Origin: Pristiophorus japonicus | Lineage: Eukaryota | Length of the DNA: 64,000 bases | NCBI RefSeq assembly: GCF_044704955.1 | Contig: NC_091987.1 | Coordinates: forward strand, 26,226,001 to 26,290,000 | Direction of reading: 5' to 3' | In this document: positions 27,316-40,680 of the stretch, piece after piece | Layout of the letters: each line of letters opens with the position of its first letter | Position numbering within the stretch: the stretch's first letter is position 1 | Made by a program: the position numbers and the translations under genes | Notes under the pieces: generated by a model | What the model was told of the DNA's origin: nothing | The model's input: the letters and a program-made list of their open reading frames with translations, nothing else | The model's database searches: none

Positions 27316-28284
27316 CACCATGCTACAACCGTATACAAAAACTAGTCAGAGTCCATCTCTCCCCTAGAGGTAACGAGTTATTGGTGGGGATATCACAATG
27401 AATTGCAATTAATTTTAGCACAGAAATAGGCCATTCGCCCCAACCGGTCTGTGCTGGTATTGAGCCTCCTCCCTCCCCTCATCTGATAAAACTTGCCATA
27501 ACCTTCTCTGCTTCAAGGAGAACCACATCTTCTCCAGTCTCTCCACATAACTGAACCCTCATCCCTGTTACCATACTGGTCAATCTCCCCTTAACCTTCT
27601 CTGCTTTATCCTTCTAACTTGTATTCAACCTTCATCTTGCTGAAATAAAAAAGAGTGGAAGAAAAACCTGAATTCATGACGACCAATGTCTGCGTTACAG
27701 CCAAATATAGAATTTTGAAATATAGTCACTGTTGTAAAGTAGGACAGGCAGCAACGAATTTGCAATCAAGCAAGCTCCCACAAATAGCAATGTGATAATG
27801 ACCAGATAATCTGTTTTAGTGATGTTCTTGAGGGATAAATATTGGGGATAACACCCCTGCTCCTCATCGAAATAGTGGCCGGGGAATCTTTTACATGATC
27901 CTGAGAGAACAGACGCGGCCTCGATTTAATGCCTCATCCGAAAGACGGCACATCCGACAGTGCAGCCCTCCCTCAGCACTGCCTCTCTGACAGTGCAGCA
28001 GTCCTTCAGCTATGCACTGGAGTGTCAGCTTAGAATTTTTTTGTCTCTGGAGTGAGACTTGAACCAACAACCCACTGAGTCACGGACGACACTATTGCGA
28101 GATAAACATTAATATCATTGCAATAATTAGGCAATAACGGAAAATAGTCGAAAATCTTGGGAGTTGACTCAGAAATGTTGCTTTCTGCAGTATTGAACCA
28201 GCGTGTAATATCATTGAATAACAGCACAACTAAATTGGCTTTAGATACAGAAGGTTACATGAGGGATGCTTTGATTCTACTTAT

Positions 28285-28336
28285 CGAACACTACTAATTT
28301 GGAACCAGGGCCAAAATCATAGTTAGTTGCTCCATC
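28285..28336 (-). pseudogene. TRBJ: TRBJ segment J16 (DGATNYDFGPGSKLVVF) with mutated splice donor
   Basis: Donor reads ATAAGT instead of GTAAGT, and the next GT is 4 nt away (frameshift). Heptamer CACAATG, degenerate nonamer. Confidence 0.82.
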
Positions 28337-29416
28337 CACAATGCTACATTGTTGACTTATAACTATGGTGGCCTAATGATTCTATGTTGTGTTACACTAC
28401 TGTAACTTGTTCCCCTGATTAAATGAGAATATAAAGCGGGAAGATAGTGAAATTGTTAAGCTGCTTCGAGCTTGTTACTGACCTCTTATAATTTATAACT
28501 CAACAGTTTTTCAGTTGCGATCTAACCCCAATCACTATTGAACCCATTTTATTTATGTTCAGGAAGGGAGACTGGGTGAATTTTCCCTCTGATATCCTAA
28601 ACTGTACAGCCTTGACTAGGTTATATCTGTGTTTATTACATGCAATCATTTTTTTTGTTGAGTAAATGATTAAGTGTTCTGGAACAAAAGGCGGGTAGAT
28701 GAAGGTAAGATACAGCTTAGCCATGATCAAATTGAATGGCGGAACCGGCTCCAGGGAATGAAAGTTCATCTCAATTGTACCTATGTTTGATTGGAACAAA
28801 CTATCTGGGATGTAGTTTCCTTTTAATGATTGTTGACAACGTTTACATCGGTTACCATAGGAACATAGTAACAGGAGATGGTTATATTAGCCAACGAGCA
28901 GTGGGAATGTGCAATGTCAACTAGTTGAGGGAATCAGCACAGATACAGTTAAGGGGAGGCTACCTAAACACCAGAGGGAGAAAAGAATATAACGATGTAG
29001 TAATAGCATGGGAGGAGCCTCGTGCGGAGCATAAACACCCATAAACAGGCGTCGACCTGTTGGATCAAATTGACTGCTCCGATGCTGTAAACTCTATTTA
29101 ATTGTATGTGATTCAACTCTGTATGCAGTCTGCACCATGGAGATAAGTGCTTTCAACTATTGCAAATTTTAAATAAAGTACACAGAAGAATTTAGAGCTT
29201 GATTAAATTTCCTTTGGGAGAAACATTGGGAAAAAAATGAACAATTCCTCATGTAACCTGACTGGTTCACAACTCTGCTTTTCCAAATTGTACATTATAA
29301 GGTGCAAACTTTTTCCACATTTTCTAGTATTTGTCTAGGTTTGAGAGTTTTGGGCAATTACGAAGCAAGGAAAGAAGGTGAACATTGCATACTGAGGTAG
29401 TTTCTCATTTACCTAC

Positions 29417-29472
29417 CTAGGACTTTCAGCTTAGTTCCGAAACCAAAGTAATAAATCGAGCTCCCAGCTGAG
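29417..29472 (-). CDS. TRBJ: TRBJ segment J15 ([18 protein letters not shown])
   Basis: GTAGGT donor. RSS CACATTG-12-AGTAAAACT. Confidence 0.93.
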
Positions 29473-31345
29473 CACATTGCTACACGCCTGTAGTAAAACT
29501 ATCAACAGCCTCAGTCAGGCCACAGTTGGAGCCTTGTTTCCAATTCTGGGCACCAAACATTAGGAAGGACATGAAGGCTTTGGAGAGGGTGCAATGAATT
29601 AGTAAAATAGGACCAGGGATTGAGGAAATTCAGTTATGTAGAGAGACTAGAGAAGCTGGAATTGTTCTCGATAAAGCAGTGAAGGTTGTTTAATAGGGGT
29701 GTTCAAAGTCATAAAGGCTTTTATTATAATAGATAGGGAGAACTGTTTCCACTTGGAGAGTTCTAATCCAGAGAACATGGATTTAATTTTATTGCAAAAC
29801 AGCTAGAGATTTGATTCAGATACATTTGACTACATAGCGATTTATTATGGTTGAGAATGCACTGCCTGAGAGGATGGTGGAAATAGATTCAATATATTAA
29901 TTTTAAAAGGGAATTGGAAAATACTTTAAAGAGAGAAAAGTACAAGGCTATGTGGAAAGGACGAGGATGAATAGATAACTGTACCAAAGAGCCAGCACTG
30001 GTAAGATGGGCCGAATGGTCTCCTTCTGTATTGTAAGGTTCTATGATCCGAAAACATATGAATCTAATTGGTTGCAACAAGATTGGTATCTACTCTTTGG
30101 TAAAAGACTCCACCAACTGCAATTATCAACAATGGACATTCACTCCAGAAGATCACATTTTTAGGACTTTAATCATAACATGTTTAACAACAATATGCTT
30201 CAGAATGGGAATGTGTATGTCATATTGATAGAGGCAGATGACGGTTACGTAAAGCCAAATTAAGGAAAATAGGTATAATTATACATTCTATGCGATAACA
30301 TCTCAGAACTGTTTTCGTATTCTTGTTCAGAAGCCCATCAAGTATGGGTTGAGAAAAGACCACGAGGTTTAGAGTCTGCAGTCTCCTCTAACAACAAACA
30401 CATCAAACCAAGCACTAGTGTTTATTTATAGAGGGATAGAATTGAAAAGTAGGGAAGTTATGATAAACCTGTCATGAACCTTGTTTAACCCACACTTGGA
30501 TTACTACATTAAGTTCTGTTCATTATATTATAAAAGCAATATAGAAGCATTGGAGAGCAGATGTACAAGGATGATACCAGAAATTCATGGGCATACGTAC
30601 CAGGAAAGGATGAACAGGCTGGGTTCCTTTTCTCTTGAAAAAATAAGGCCGAGGGTTGACTTAATAAAGGTTTTTAAAATTATGAAAGAATTTGATCGAG
30701 TGGATAGAGAAAATGTTTCCACTTGTGGGGAAGAGCATAACTGGAGGCCAACATTATAAGATAGTCACAAAGAAATCCAATAGGGAATTCAGTTAAAACT
30801 TCTTTACCCAAAGAGTAGTGAGAATGTGTAACTCGCTATCACAGGGACTGGTTGAAGCGATTACTATAGTTGCCATTAAGGGGAGGCTAAACAATCATAT
30901 GAGGGAGAAGGGAATAGAGGGTTATGCTGAGAGATTTAGATGAGGAAAGTCAGGAGGAGGGCTGAGTGGAGCATAAACACTGGGATGAATGGATTGAGCC
31001 GAATGGCCTCTTTCTGTATATGCTATGTCATCCTATGTAACATGGATTCTACTCTACCCACTGACTCTCCTGCGGAGGGAATCTTAGAAATGCCTCCCAA
31101 ATCCAAGTCAAATCAGTCAAAGACAAGAATGCTTTCCCATCATAACATCTTTCTTTAAATATCCCAGTGCAGTTCCCTGCTGTTTTTGCTTCACGTAAAA
31201 TGTTCAATATTTAAAGCATGGTATAATGAGATATAACATTTTCTCATTGATAAATGAGATACTGAAGAGTAATAGGCAATTACAGTATATAAAAATAGAC
31301 TATCAAATAGATTAAACTAACATTACCTTTTTTCCATTTACCTAC

Positions 31346-31401
31346 CCATAACAGTCAGCTTGGTTCCATGACCAAAATAAATTTGAACGCTGTTTCCAGA
31401 A
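31346..31401 (-). CDS. TRBJ: TRBJ segment J14 (SGNSVQIYFGHGTKLTVM)
   Basis: GTAGGT donor. RSS CACAGTG-12-TACAAAACT. Confidence 0.94.
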
Positions 31402-31989
31402 CACAGTGTTACACTCCCATTACAAAACTGCCAACACCCAAACAGTCTATAGCACCAAGAATAGCCCGTTCAGCTCCACTAGTCTGCTCCACCATTCAAT
31501 AAATTATGGCAGACCTGCTAGATCAACTTAATTTTCCTGCACTCACCCCATATCCCTTAATTCCTTTAATATCCAAAAATCTATCCATAACTGTCTTGAA
31601 TATACTCAACCTCCCTGCATCTACCCAACAAAAATCTATCCCTTTCAATCTTGAAAAGTCTAATTGACCCTTCAGTACCTACAGCCTTTGGAGGAGATTT
31701 CCAGATTTCCACTACACTTTTATGCTATGAAGGGCTTCCTGATTCCTCTCATAAATGGCCTATCTCGAATTTTAAGATGCCTCATTATCCTGACACTCCT
31801 TCCTTAACAGCACTGCGGGAGCACCTTCAGCACGAGGACTGCAGCTGTTTAAGAAGGGGGTTCACCAACACCTTCTCAGGGGCAATTCAGGATGGGCAAT
31901 AAACCCTGGTCTTACCAGTGAAGCCCAAATCCTATGAAAGAATAAAACAATCTGTACGATGAATACAATGCAACAAATCGTTTACCGAC

Positions 31990-32042
31990 CTAAAACCACT
32001 AACTTGGTCCCATCAACAAATGAAGTATCGTAGCTATTTTTG
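31990..32042 (-). CDS. TRBJ: TRBJ segment J13, non-canonical (KNSYDTSFVDGTKLVVL)
   Basis: FVDG replaces FGxG. GTCGGT donor. RSS CACAGTG-12-GTGAAAAAT. Confidence 0.85.
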
Positions 32043-32706
32043 CACAGTGCTACACGGCAGTGTGAAAAATATCAACTCGTTTACAATTTAAATATACCGT
32101 GTTGGGAGAGATATGTTCAAAATTGGAATCGCATGGTATCATTCTGTGATGAAAAACCAGCGATAATGCACTCTACAACGGCAACATGTTGCATTTATCT
32201 AGAGCCTTTAACGTAGTAAAGCTTTCCAAGGCGCTTCACAGAAGCGTCATCAAACAACATTTGACAGCGGGCAACAAAATGAGACAGTAGAGAGAGGTGA
32301 CCAAAAGCTATATTTTAAGTTGCATTCTAAAGAGGACAGAAAGAGGGGCAGAGATCTTGGGAGGGAATTCAAGAGCTTAGGGCCCGGGTGGCTGAAGACA
32401 AGGCCGCCAATGGTGGAGCGATGGCGATCAGGAAGGGAAGGCCAGAATTGTTGGAGTGCAGAGATCTGCTTGGGCAGTAAGGCTGGATGACCTTACAGTA
32501 ATACGGAGGGGCGAGTCCATGGAGCGATTTGAAAACATGGGTGGAGAATGTTGAAATCGAGGTACTAGTAGATTGTGTGCCAATGTAAGTCAACGAGTTG
32601 ATTCTGGTGCCTGGAATATGATGTATTTTTGAACATGTCAGATCGTCTCAAAAACGCAAGATGTCCTCATTATTGGAAACGACAAAAACATTAATTCTGG
32701 ACTCAC

Positions 32707-32756
32707 AGAAAACGAGCAATTTTGTACCTGGCCAAAGTTATGGTGGCCATTTCCTG
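32707..32756 (-). pseudogene. TRBJ: TRBJ pseudogene J12 (PGNGHHNFG/GTKLLVF, frameshifted)
   Basis: 1-nt deletion within FGxG (TTT GGC CA GGT ACA AAA TTG CTC GTT TTC). GTGAGT donor. Heptamer decayed to GACTTTG. Confidence 0.72.
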
Positions 32757-32909
32757 GACTTTGTAAAACTACAGGTGCAAGCGGAGCGGAGTGAGTGCAT
32801 TGAGGCAAAACTGAACACGCAATCTGCTGTTAATTCCAGTCTTTATATTAAGGGCGTTATTATGTTACTGACAAATTCAGCATAACTAATGTAGCAGAGA
32901 AGTTTTTAC

Positions 32910-33650
32910 ATGAGAACATAAGAAATAGGAGCAGGAGTCTGCTATTCTGCCTGTCGAGACTGCTCCGCCATTCAATAAGATCATGGCTGATTTTCTACCT
33001 CAACTCCACTTTCCTGCACTGTCCCCATATCCTTTGTTTCCCTTAATATCCAAAAATCTATCAATCTTTGTCTCGAATATACTCAACGACTGAGCCTCCA
33101 CAGCCCTCTGCGGTAGAGAATTGTAAAAATTCACCACCCTCTTAGTGAAGAAATTTCTCCTCATCTCAGTGCTAAATGGCCAACCCCTAATTCTGAGACT
33201 CTGACCCCTGGTTCTAGACTCCCCATCCAGGGGAATCATCCTCCCTGAAGCTACCCTGTCAAGCCCTGTAAGAATTTTGTGTGTTTCAAAGAGATCACCT
33301 CTCATTCTTCTAAACTCGAAAGAATGTAGGCCTAGTCTACTCAATCTCTCCTCATAGGATAATACCCCCATCACAGGAACTAGTCTGCTAAACATTCGTT
33401 GTACGCCCTCTATGGCAAGTATATCCTTCTTTAGGTAAGGAGACCAACACTGTACACAATACTCCAAGTGCGGTCTCACCTGGGCCATATATAATTACAT
33501 GAAGAGGTCTTTACGCTTATATTCAAATCCTCTTGTAATAATGGCCATCATACCTTTGCTTTCCTAATTGCTTGCTGTACCTGCATGTTAACTTTCAGTG
33601 GTTTGTGTGCAAGGACACCCAGGTCCCTCTGACCACCAACATTTCCCAAT
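32910..33650 (-). mobile_element. CR1 LINE 3' fragment
   Basis: VRPHLEYCVQCWSP...EFRRMRGDL ORF. Confidence 0.88.
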
Positions 33651-34184
33651 TTTTACCCAAGGAGTAGTGAGAATGTGGACCTCGCTACCACAGAGAGTGG
33701 TTAAAGTGAATATCATAGTGGCATTTAAGGGAACGCTCGATAAACACTAGAGGAAAAAATGGATAAAAGGTTAAATGAAGTCGAGCTGGAAGGAAGCTCT
33801 TCTGGAGCATGTTTACCGGCACAGATCAATTGGACCGAATGCAAAGTTCCTGTGAATTATAAGGCATTTATGCAATGTATTATGTTTCCTTTGTTTTATT
33901 TGGAACAACGATTATATCCATTTTTAGAAATGAATATTCTACAACATTTTAAACTATTCTGTGAGAAAATTAAAATATTTATCTGTACATTTTACATTGA
34001 AGTCACCAGTTATTATTTTTCACAGCCAAGCTTGGCTTTAATATTCATTTGGTTTGCTGAGTTGAAATGTTTGTTTCAGAAGTAGGGATGAAATGATCTA
34101 TTTTCTAATGCATTGTTTCAGTTGAAAACTGAAATCTATAAACAGCTTTGAATACAATCGTTTTGCTTTAAATATTCAACTCAC

Positions 34185-34237
34185 GCAACACTGTCAGCTT
34201 AGTCCCATCACCGAAGAAATATTCGTAGCTGCCAGAG
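34185..34237 (-). CDS. TRBJ: TRBJ segment J11 (SGSYEYFFGDGTKLTVL)
   Basis: GTGAGT donor. RSS CACAGTG-12-AACAAAACT. Confidence 0.94.
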
Positions 34238-34563
34238 CACAGTGTTTCAGCACAGTAACAAAACTAAGCTGGGCTTTAAAGTGGTGCAGGATATATGTGG
34301 GAATGATAACGGTGATGTTTGGGTGTCCATAATAAGCTAAGCGTGAGAAATACCCCCTTTTTTAATCGTGTGTCCTTAGATACAATTGCAGAATCAGTCT
34401 TGACGATTTTATCTGTCTCTCTGTTCAATAGCCGTGTCACAATCATACCTTGAATGCAATCTAATCAAACAGTCTTTCAGCATTGGTCCCTCAACCTTAA
34501 CCCTCTTTCCTAGCAATGTTGATGCATGCATTTTCTGAGTTGACTTAATATTTCTCGACTCAC

Positions 34564-34613
34564 CTCTCACGACCAACTTGGTAGTGCTTCCAAAGTGATA
34601 TTGGTTGCCAGAA
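34564..34613 (-). CDS. TRBJ: TRBJ segment J10, non-canonical (SGNQYHFGSTTKLVVR)
   Basis: FGST. GTGAGT donor. RSS CACAGTG-12-ATTAAAACC. Confidence 0.87.
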
Positions 34614-35619
34614 CACAGTGATAAACCCTTGCATTAAAACCTCATGAGAAAAGGCAGGGTTCCTGCTCTCCTGGACGTTTATTGATTTCATCATCTTAAT
34701 TCATGTATTTCCAACTCTACACGTGTGCCTCGTAAACAGACATAGAATCATAGAATGGTGCAGCACCAAGGGAGGCCATTGCACCCATATGGCCTGTGCC
34801 AGCACTTTGAAAGAGCTATGCAACTAGTTCCACTGCCCTGACTTTTATCTTAGACCCGAAAGTGTTTCCCATCAAGTATTCATCCAATTGCGCTTTTGAA
34901 AGTTACTATGGAAGCTCCTTCCATCTTTTCAGCCACTGCATTCCAGATCAAAACAACTTGCTGCTTAAAAAAAGTCTCCTCATCTCGCCTGTGGTTGTTT
35001 TGTCTTAAGTCTGTGTCCACTGGTTATCGGCCCTTCGACCGATGGAAACTGATTCTGAATATTAACTATATCCAAACCCTTTATTATTTTCATCACCTTT
35101 ATTATATCTCCAATTAACCTTCTCTGCTCCAAAGAGAACAATCCCAGCTTCTTCAGTAAATCTCTTCTGCACACTCTCTAAGGCCCTAATGCATGGTGCC
35201 CAGAATATGACACAATGTTCCAGCCAGGACCGAACCAGATGAGGAAACTTAAGGAATCATAGCCAAGGTTAAACATAACTTTCTTTCTCAACTCCTCTTA
35301 AATCCTTAATCAAATATAGTGCTTCGCATCTTCGGCAAATCTTCATTCTAAATATTTTGACTCTATTGGGACCAGTTTGTCCCACTATCTCACCACTATC
35401 ACCAACCAATAAAGGAATGTTAAGAACAAGAGTAGGTCAGTCAGCCCCTGATGCCCTAGGCAGTTATCACTTATCGATTCCCACACTCCCAATAGCCCAC
35501 TGATTTTGTTTCAGGAATTATTCTCTATAGGGCTAGGAAGAAATCAATGGAATGGGAACATAAACATGTTTAGGTTTATACTCATGTATCAGGCCATTGG
35601 CTCTGTAGCTAGGTTTCAG

Positions 35620-36400
35620 AATACATGCATAGAAATTGACAGCACAGAAGGAGGCCATTTCGGCCCATCGTGTCTGCGCGGGCTGACAGAGGGCTATCCA
35701 GCCTAATCTCACTTCCCAGCTCTCTGTCCATAGCCCTGTAAGTTGCAGCACTTCAAGTGCACATCCAAGTGCTTTTTAAATGTGCTGAGGATTTCTGCCT
35801 CTATCACTCTTTCAGGCAGTGGGTTCCAGACGCCCTCCACCCTGTGGGTGAAAAAGATTCCTCTCAAATACCCTATAAATCTTTTACCAATTACTTTAAA
35901 CGCATGTCCCTTTGATGTTAACACCCTCTGTTAAGAGAAATAGGTCCTATCTATCCACACTCTTTCGGCCCCTCATAATTTTATACACCTCAATAAGGGC
36001 TGCCCCATCCCTGTAGGCCCTGCTCCAAAGGGAACAAACCCAGCCTATCCAATCTTTCCTCATAGCGAAAATTATCCATTCCAGGCAACATCATTGTAAA
36101 TCTCCTCTCTACGCTCTCTAGCGTAATCACACATTTCCTGTAATGTGGTGACCAGAACTGCACGCAGTACTCTAGCTGTGAACTAACTAGTCTTTTATGC
36201 AGTTTAAGCATAACGTCCTTGCTCTTATATTCTATGCATCGGCTAATAAAGGCAAATATTCTGTACGCCTTCTTAACCACCTTATGTACCTGTCCTGCTA
36301 CCTTGAGGAATACGTGGACCTGCACTCCAAGGTCCCTCTGTTCATCTACATTTCACAGTGTCCTACCATTTAATATGTATTCCCTTGCCTTATTAGCACG
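35620..36400 (-). mobile_element. CR1 LINE 3' fragment
   Basis: [12 protein letters not shown]...YEERLDRLGLF. Confidence 0.85.
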
Positions 36401-36503
36401 CTCCACCCCCACCAATTCAACACCTCACAATTATTTTTAGCGCCTTTAAATTTCAATAAAACAATACTCTCTAAATTATTCTCTATGGTTCTGTATCACT
36501 CAC

Positions 36504-36554
36504 CGACAGCCACGAGATGTGTACCATCACCAAATGTTAATCGTAACTTCCCAA
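36504..36554 (-). CDS. TRBJ: TRBJ segment J9 (GKLRLTFGDGTHLVAV)
   Basis: GTGAGT donor. RSS CACAATG-13-AACAAAACT. Confidence 0.85.
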
Positions 36555-36819
36555 CACAATGTTACACTATCGTTAACAAAACTTGTTATGCGTTGTCTCA
36601 CTAAACCCCAACTAATAAGCACAGTTCATTCATTTTGTATTCTGTTCCACTCATTATCCCGCCATATTGCGCGCTGTCTTTTTCTGTGATACTTTTTCTC
36701 CGTCTCTGCCTTTTTCCTTCGGTATCTTTCTAATTTCCCATCTCCCCCTGTTCTGTCTGAATTTTGCTCCCTGCCTTTCTCTATGTATACCTGGCTGTCT
36801 CTCCCCCTCCAACTGTGAA

Positions 36820-37650
36820 GTTAGTAGGCAAGAACATGGCAAATGAAATATAATTTGGAGAAATGTGAATTTATCCACTTTTGTAGCAAACATAGAAAAA
36901 CAGATTATGTTAAAATGGTGAAAACTTGGGAAATGTCGGTGTTCAGAGGTGCATGGGTGTCCTTGTACAAGAATTACTGAAAATTAGAGTGCAGGTATAG
37001 CAATGAATTAAGGGAGCAAATGGTAACTTGGAGTTTATTGCAATAGGATTTGAGTATAAGTGTAAATATGTTTTACTGTAATTATATAGGGCCCTGGTGA
37101 GACCACACCTGCAGTATTGTGTATAGTTTTAGTCTCCTTACCTAAAGAAAGACGTAGAGGAAATGCAATGACACTTCATCACACTGATTCCTGGGATGGA
37201 GAGAATTGTCCTATGAGGAGAGATTGATTAGACTAGGCCTATATTTTCTCGAGTTTAGAAGAATGAGAGGTGATCTCATTGAAAAATACACCATTCTTAC
37301 AGGTTTGACAGGTTAGACGCAACGAGGATCTTCCCCCTGGCTGGGGAGGCTACAACCAGGGGTCACAGTCTCAGAATCAACGATTAGACATTTACGACTG
37401 ATATAAGAGGAACTCAGATTGTAGTGAATCTTTGGGATTTTCTTCCCCAGAAGGCTGTGGGTGCTCAGACTTTGAGTATATTCAAGACAGAAATAGAGTA
37501 TTGGACATTAAGCGAATCAAGGGATATGGGGATTGTGCAGGCAAGTGGAGTTGATGTAGAAGTTCAGCCATGTTATCAGTGAATGGTGGAGCAAGCTCGA
37601 GGGGACAAATGGCCTACTCCTGCTCCTATTTATTACATTATTATGTTCCA
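36820..37650 (+). mobile_element. CR1 LINE 3' fragment
   Basis: Nucleotide similarity to the other CR1 copies in the window, including the tail. Confidence 0.82.
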
Positions 37651-37845
37651 CCAACACTTAGCCTTTCCCTTACGTTTTGTTATTGACATTTTTGTTTCCT
37701 TAATACATTGTTTACATTTTTCCCATCTTTAATATTGTCTCCCTTTCCGTTCAACTGATGAGAGAACATTAGTCGACAGATTCAGTGTTTCCTGAGCCCC
37801 ATTACTAGCTGTTAACTGACACATTTTGGCCAATATCTTACTCAC

Positions 37846-37903
37846 CCAGAACCGTTAACTTAGTGCCAACTCCAAAATGCAATGGTTGGCCATATCCCGC
37901 TCC
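37846..37903 (-). CDS. TRBJ: TRBJ segment J8 (GAGYGQPLHFGVGTKLTVL)
   Basis: GTGAGT donor. RSS CACATCA-12-ACAAAAACA. Confidence 0.92.
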
Positions 37904-38242
37904 CACATCATTTTGTCACATCACAAAAACATTCCTCATCAGTCTCCTGGCAATACTCATTGCCCCCCTCGTTAATATTTTATGTTGGTCCTTGGCGAAC
38001 ATGAGCTAAACATACGCTAACCTGAACCCATAAACGAAACGGGAGGTTTGCAATTAAAACGAACAGCGATTCGAATACTGTCTACCTATCAATGTGTCAA
38101 CCATTTTTTCATTTTCCACAGTTAAGTCCTGGCAATACTGGAATATTTTCTCCTTTGAAGAATTCTTCCTAATTATTAAATAAATTCATCGTGTAAGATG
38201 TGAGCGTCCAACCTTGCTTCATTCAATTTGTTTCTAACTCAC

Positions 38243-38298
38243 ACAAAATCATTGGCGTAGACCCCTCTCCAAAATGTAAAGGGTTGCTATACCCGCCG
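38243..38298 (-). pseudogene. TRBJ: TRBJ segment J7 (GGYSNPLHFGEGSTPMIL), probably non-functional
   Basis: FGEG present but ends in T|GTGAGT, so splicing to C exon 1 (AA...) creates TAA. Heptamer CACTGCG, poor nonamer. Confidence 0.78.
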
Positions 38299-38451
38299 CA
38301 CTGCGCTAAACAGTATCCAAACAGAATGCTGGGTAGACAGACAGACAGACAGTCAGAAAGTTGGATAGGTGGATAGATGGAACGATGACTATATATCTAT
38401 CAAAGCCAGTTAAACAAATAGATATTTATACATTTGTATTCGTAACCATAC

Positions 38452-38501
38452 CTAAAACAGCCAACTTGGTACTAGTTCCGTAATAGTAAATATCAGCAGA
38501 G
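38452..38501 (-). CDS. TRBJ: TRBJ segment J6, non-canonical (SADIYYYGTSTKLAVL)
   Basis: YGTS replaces FGxG. GTATGG donor. RSS CACAAAG-12-ATTAAAACA. Confidence 0.8.
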
Positions 38502-40049
38502 CACAAAGGTAAAGCCTTGTATTAAAACATCTTACCTACCTGTGATTGGTGTTCTGAGGGAGCCCTTCATACTAAGGGCGAGCTTAGGGATATAGTAACA
38601 AAGGACGAAAGGAACATATTTACCTCGGAAGAAAAGAACATAACAACCCAGGAACTGGAGTAGGCCCCATTCAGCCTCTCGACACTGTTCCGCCATTCAA
38701 TTAAATCATGGCTCATCTGAATTTAACTCCATCAATCCGCCTGTATTCTGCAACCTTTTATACGTTTCCTAACAAAAATCTACCGACCTCAGACTTCGAA
38801 TTTACAATTGACATATTCTCAAAAGTTTCTTGGGGTACAGCGGCCCAGATTTCCCCTGCCCTTGTTATAAATATTCTCCGTGGCACCACCCGTGGATTCT
38901 ATAGCTGTAATGTTAATGCTATGCTTCCTTGTTCTAGACTCTATCACCAGATGAAATAGTTCCTTTCTATCTACTCTTATCAAATATTTAATCATCTGAA
39001 GCACCTCATGTAGATCAGCCCTTAATCCTCAATACACTAGGTACGTCAAGCCTGATCTGTGCAACATGTCGTCATAATTTAACACTTCTAGCCCCGGCAT
39101 CGTTCTGCTGAATGAGGAAAGGGCATTCGGCCCATGAAAGCCTCATCTTCTACAGATCCGCTAGCTCACCAACACTGTCCAATAGATTTAATAACCTAAA
39201 AATAGGGAACATGTGCAAGATTTCTCTCAATGCTCCTCCCAAAATTAACATTCACCAACCTCTGCACACATGTTTACTTTAAATCCAGAAGAGGTTGGCC
39301 ATTTAGGACTGAGATGATGATGAGGACAGAAACGTCTTCACTCATAGGGTGTTGAATCTTTGGAATTCTCTACATCAGAGGGCTGTGAATGCTCAGTCTT
39401 TGAGTATATTCAAGTCAGAGATCGATAGAGTTTTGGATATTAAGTGAATCAAGGCATATGGGGACAGTGCAGGAAAGAGAAGTTGAGGTAGAAGATCAGC
39501 CATGATCTCATTGAATAGAAACATAGAAACATAGAAAATAGGTGCAGGAGTAGGCCATTCGACCCTTCGAGCCTGCACCGTCATTCAATGAGTTCATGGC
39601 TGAACATGCAACTTCAGTACCCCATTCCTGCTTTCTCGCCATACCCCTTGATCCCCCTAGCAGTAAGGACAACATCTAACTCCTTTTTGAATGGTCGGGT
39701 AGGCTCGAGGGGCGAATAGCCGACTCCTGCTCCTAATTCTTATGTACTTATGTTCGTAAATGCTCCTTTATGCAGCGCCTGGAAGCTGCTTATCCTGCAC
39801 TAGGAATCTCAGCTGATGTTTCCCACCCCATCTAACTCACAATCCTCGTTTCCCCTCACTACACTTCTAAATGTTGTGAATCCCTTAACCGCTTAAGGTC
39901 AATGGTAAATATACGGAATTACATCGAATTTACAGCACGAGAATAGGCCATTCGGCCCAACAGGTCGATGCCAACGTTTATGCACCACTCCAGCCTCCTA
40001 CTACAATTCCTCAGTTAACCTATCTGTTACTCCCTCGTGGTTTTTTTTA

Positions 40050-40680
40050 TAGAGGTATAGAATGGAAAACCAAGGCAGTTATGCTAATCTTGTAAAGAAC
40101 CTTGGTTAGACCATATTTAGAGTACTGCGTACAGTTTTGGTCCCCATATTGCGAAAATGACATAGAGCCACTGGAGAGGGTGCTGAGAAGATTTACAAAG
40201 ATGATACCAGAAATGTGTGGGTAGACATATCAGGAAAGGATGAACAGGGTGGGTCTCTTTTCTCTTGAAAAAAGAAGGCTGAGGGTGACCTAATAGAGGT
40301 CTTTAAAATTATGAAATGTTTTGATAGAGTGGGAACACAGAGACTATTTCCACGTGGGGAAGAACATAACTCGAGGCATTCAATATAAGATAGCCACCAA
40401 GAAATCCAACAGGATATTCAGAAAGAGCCTCTTTACATAGAGAGTGGTGAGAATGTGGAACTCGCTACCACAGAGAGTGGTTGAGGCGAATAGTATCGAT
40501 GCATTTAAGGGGAGGTTAGATAAGCATACGAGAAAGAAGTGAATAGAGGGTTATGCTGATAGATTTAGATGAGAAAAGATGGGAGGAGGCTCGAGTGGAG
40601 CATAAACGCCGGCATGGACTGTTCGTATCGATTGGCTTGTGTCTGTGCCCTATATCCTATGCAATCCATTGTAATATGTA
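40050..40680 (+). mobile_element. CR1 LINE 3' fragment
   Basis: Similar to the copy at about 30420-31040. CR1 C-terminal motifs. Confidence 0.8.

Noticed and set aside
38086-38123. Heptamer CACAGTT plus 31 nt plus GT donor (ENEKMVDTLI)
   Set aside because: No FGxG or TKL motif and no nonamer, so at best an unrecognisable relic.
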